A stretch of DNA of 64,000 nt, from the NCBI RefSeq assembly GCF_964235535.1, contig NZ_CAXSBH010000009.1:5087-69086 (forward strand), in the 5' to 3' direction. The translations under genes and the position numbers were made by a program. Shown piece by piece: positions 62,323 through 64,000 of this stretch. The first letter of the stretch is position 1. Every line of letters begins with the position of its first letter. The notes under the pieces were generated by a model that was not told the origin of the DNA, made no database searches, and saw only the letters and a list, made by a program, of their open reading frames with translations. Source of the DNA: an uncultured Sphingomonas sp. GTDB lineage: Bacteria > Pseudomonadota > Alphaproteobacteria > Sphingomonadales > Sphingomonadaceae.

Positions 62323-63771
62323 TCAGAAGAAGCCCGGCACCTCGCGCTGCGGCGCGGTCGGCGCACCCGGCATCAACAGCTCGCGCCGCCCCGAAGGCAC
62401 GGGCCCCACGCTGGCCGTCCGCGCCTCGGACGTGATGGTGGAACAGCTTCGCCCGGCCAGGAAATCGAGCGCCGACCGCACCGACGCCTCGCGCGGATCG
62501 CCCAGCTGGAACGCTAGGTCGTCGGCCGCGGCGCAGCTCGCGCGCACCGTCGTCCGCAGGCCGTCATAATAGTCGCCCTGCCGGTCGCGGTTCTGCGTCG
62601 CGAACGCCACCACCCGCAGCCGGTCGTCGCACGACGCGCGGTCGACCGCGATCTGCCCCACCGGCTTGCCGAAGGTGTTGGTCCCGATCAGCGCCGCCCG
62701 GTCGCCCAGATACGGCACGAAGCTGTTGACCACCAGCTCGCTCGCCGACGCGGTCGCGCCCGTGCCGATGAAGGCGATCCGCGTCGGCGCGATCGATTGC
62801 GGCTGGGGCGAGAAGCGCCGCGTCTCGTTGTTCGACGCCTTTTCCGGCCGGAAGGTAGTGAACGAGAACACGTCCGACCCCGTCCGGTCGCGGCCCAGCA
62901 GGTCGCCCATCAGCTCGGCGACCGACACCAGCCCGCCGCCGTTATAGCGGAAATCGACGATGACCTCCGTCACTCCCGCCGACCGGAACGACGCGAACGC
63001 CTGCCGCAGCGCCCCGTCGGAAGTCGAGATGAACGTCCGCAGGTTCAGATACCCGACCTGCCGACCCCCGTCGGCTATGATCCGCGCGCCGTAGCGGGGC
63101 GACACGGGTGTGAGCGAGAAATCCGCCTTGACGACGCTCAGCTCGCGCACGCCCGCCGCCGGGTCCGACACGCGCAACAGCCGCGCGGTGCCCGCCGTCG
63201 TCGGCCCCAGCGCCGCGGTGACGCCCGCTCCGCCCTCGGCCGCGATGATGTCGCTCACCGGCCGCAGATCGCCCGGGCCCGTCCCGATCGCCAGGATCTC
63301 CGTCCCCCGGTCGATCCCCGCCGCCAGCGCGGGCGCGCCCTCGAACGCCTCGGCCACCAGCACGCGCCGGTTCGGCGCGTCCGTCGACAGCCGGATGCCG
63401 AACCCCGCGCTCGACCCGGCGCTGAAGAACGCATTCTCCTCGCGGATCGACGTCACGTAGGTGAAGAACCGGTCCCGCCGCTGGCTCCGCGCGGTCGCGG
63501 TCAGCCCGTCGATATACCCGCCGACGCTCGTGAACCCGGCCGGGTCGAGCGCGGCGGGCAGCGTCTCGGGAAACAGATAGAACTCGCGCAGTTGCGCCGC
63601 CGCCCAGTCCTGCCGCTCGCGGAGCGAACAGCCGCCCGCCGTCGCTGCCGGTATCGGACCCGGCGCGGCCGCGACGGCCGTCTCCGACCCCGATCCGACC
63701 CCGCCGCCGCCACCGCACCCGGCCAGCATGGCGACCAGGGCAACCAACGCTCCACCACGCGACCGCTTCAT
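62323..63771 (-). CDS. S41-family peptidase lipoprotein
   Basis: It has the lipobox LAGC. VIVDFRYNGGGLVSVAE and GTGATASASELVVN match the S41 (tail-specific protease-like) catalytic core. Confidence 0.75.
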   Translation of the reverse strand: MKRSRGGALVALVAMLAGCGGGGGVGSGSETAVAAAPGPIPAATAGGCSLRERQDWAAAQLREFYLFPETLPAALDPAGFTSVGGYIDGLTATARSQRRDRFFTYVTSIREENAFFSAGSSAGFGIRLSTDAPNRRVLVAEAFEGAPALAAGIDRGTEILAIGTGPGDLRPVSDIIAAEGGAGVTAALGPTTAGTARLLRVSDPAAGVRELSVVKADFSLTPVSPRYGARIIADGGRQVGYLNLRTFISTSDGALRQAFASFRSAGVTEVIVDFRYNGGGLVSVAELMGDLLGRDRTGSDVFSFTTFRPEKASNNETRRFSPQPQSIAPTRIAFIGTGATASASELVVNSFVPYLGDRAALIGTNTFGKPVGQIAVDRASCDDRLRVVAFATQNRDRQGDYYDGLRTTVRASCAAADDLAFQLGDPREASVRSALDFLAGRSCSTITSEARTASVGPVPSGRRELLMPGAPTAPQREVPGFF

Positions 63772-63914
63772 GAGAAACTCCGATTTGTCCGATGCTTAGC
63801 GCGCGGACATAGCCGTGTCAGGCCTATTCCATATGCTATATGTACGCAGGTTAACGACGGGTGGATGCACGAGCCTCCCGCCCCGATCACGGCACCCAGA
63901 TTACGGCGCCCAGA

Positions 63915-63998
63915 TTACGGCGCCTTACCCTCCGCCCGCATCCGCTCGGCAAAGGCGACCGCCTCGGCCCGCTCGCGCGCCTTCTCCTCCTCGTCCTC
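63915..63998 (-). CDS. 3' end of an unidentified gene running off the window
   Basis: The minus-strand frame reads ...EDEEEKARERAEAVAFAERMRAEGKAP-stop with high GC3. It is too short to identify. Confidence 0.3.
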   Translation of the reverse strand, partial: EDEEEKARERAEAVAFAERMRAEGKAP

Positions 63999-64000
63999 GC

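Overview
This is a 64-kb chromosomal segment from a high-GC alphaproteobacterium. It is probably a sphingomonad, judged from gene content: several TonB-dependent receptors, ATP12, DUF2093 and DUF6894 proteins, and glycine-zipper proteins. That assignment is inference, not a search result. I call about 58 protein-coding genes. The housekeeping backbone includes sppA (5'-truncated at the window edge), crcB, rluC, gmk, a DEAD-box helicase, clpB, xseA, purD, tadA, rpmB, phbB and hemH. Interspersed are segments that look lower in GC by eye and appear accessory. (1) 9.8-11.6 kb holds dinJ-yafQ plus a secreted hydrolase. (2) 11.6-16.2 kb holds a divergent pair of unusual fusion enzymes: glycosyltransferase+UDP-galactopyranose mutase, and GH-A hydrolase+degenerate RmlD-like domain. 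(3) 16.3-22.6 kb holds an S8 subtilase autotransporter with an ASRIRAM repeat array, followed by a TPR hybrid histidine kinase and a response regulator. (4) 32.5-35.9 kb is a TonB-dependent receptor cassette flanked by two diverged copies of the clpB 3' end. (5) 53.4-58.1 kb holds a mixed secreted-enzyme islet. I found no rRNA, tRNA, CRISPR array, integrase, transposase or recognisable defence-system enzyme. The points most worth following up are the clpB 3' duplication around the receptor cassette and a near-identical leader motif at the same distance upstream of both TonB-dependent receptors. Also worth following up are the TPR Asp/Asn hydroxylase module between those receptors, the repeat-bearing autotransporter, and the Glf-centred fusion gene pair. 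All coordinates, alignments and motif calls were made by hand from the sequence and the ORF track. Many start codons are provisional. I cannot show that any of these is a new biological system without database and experimental checks.
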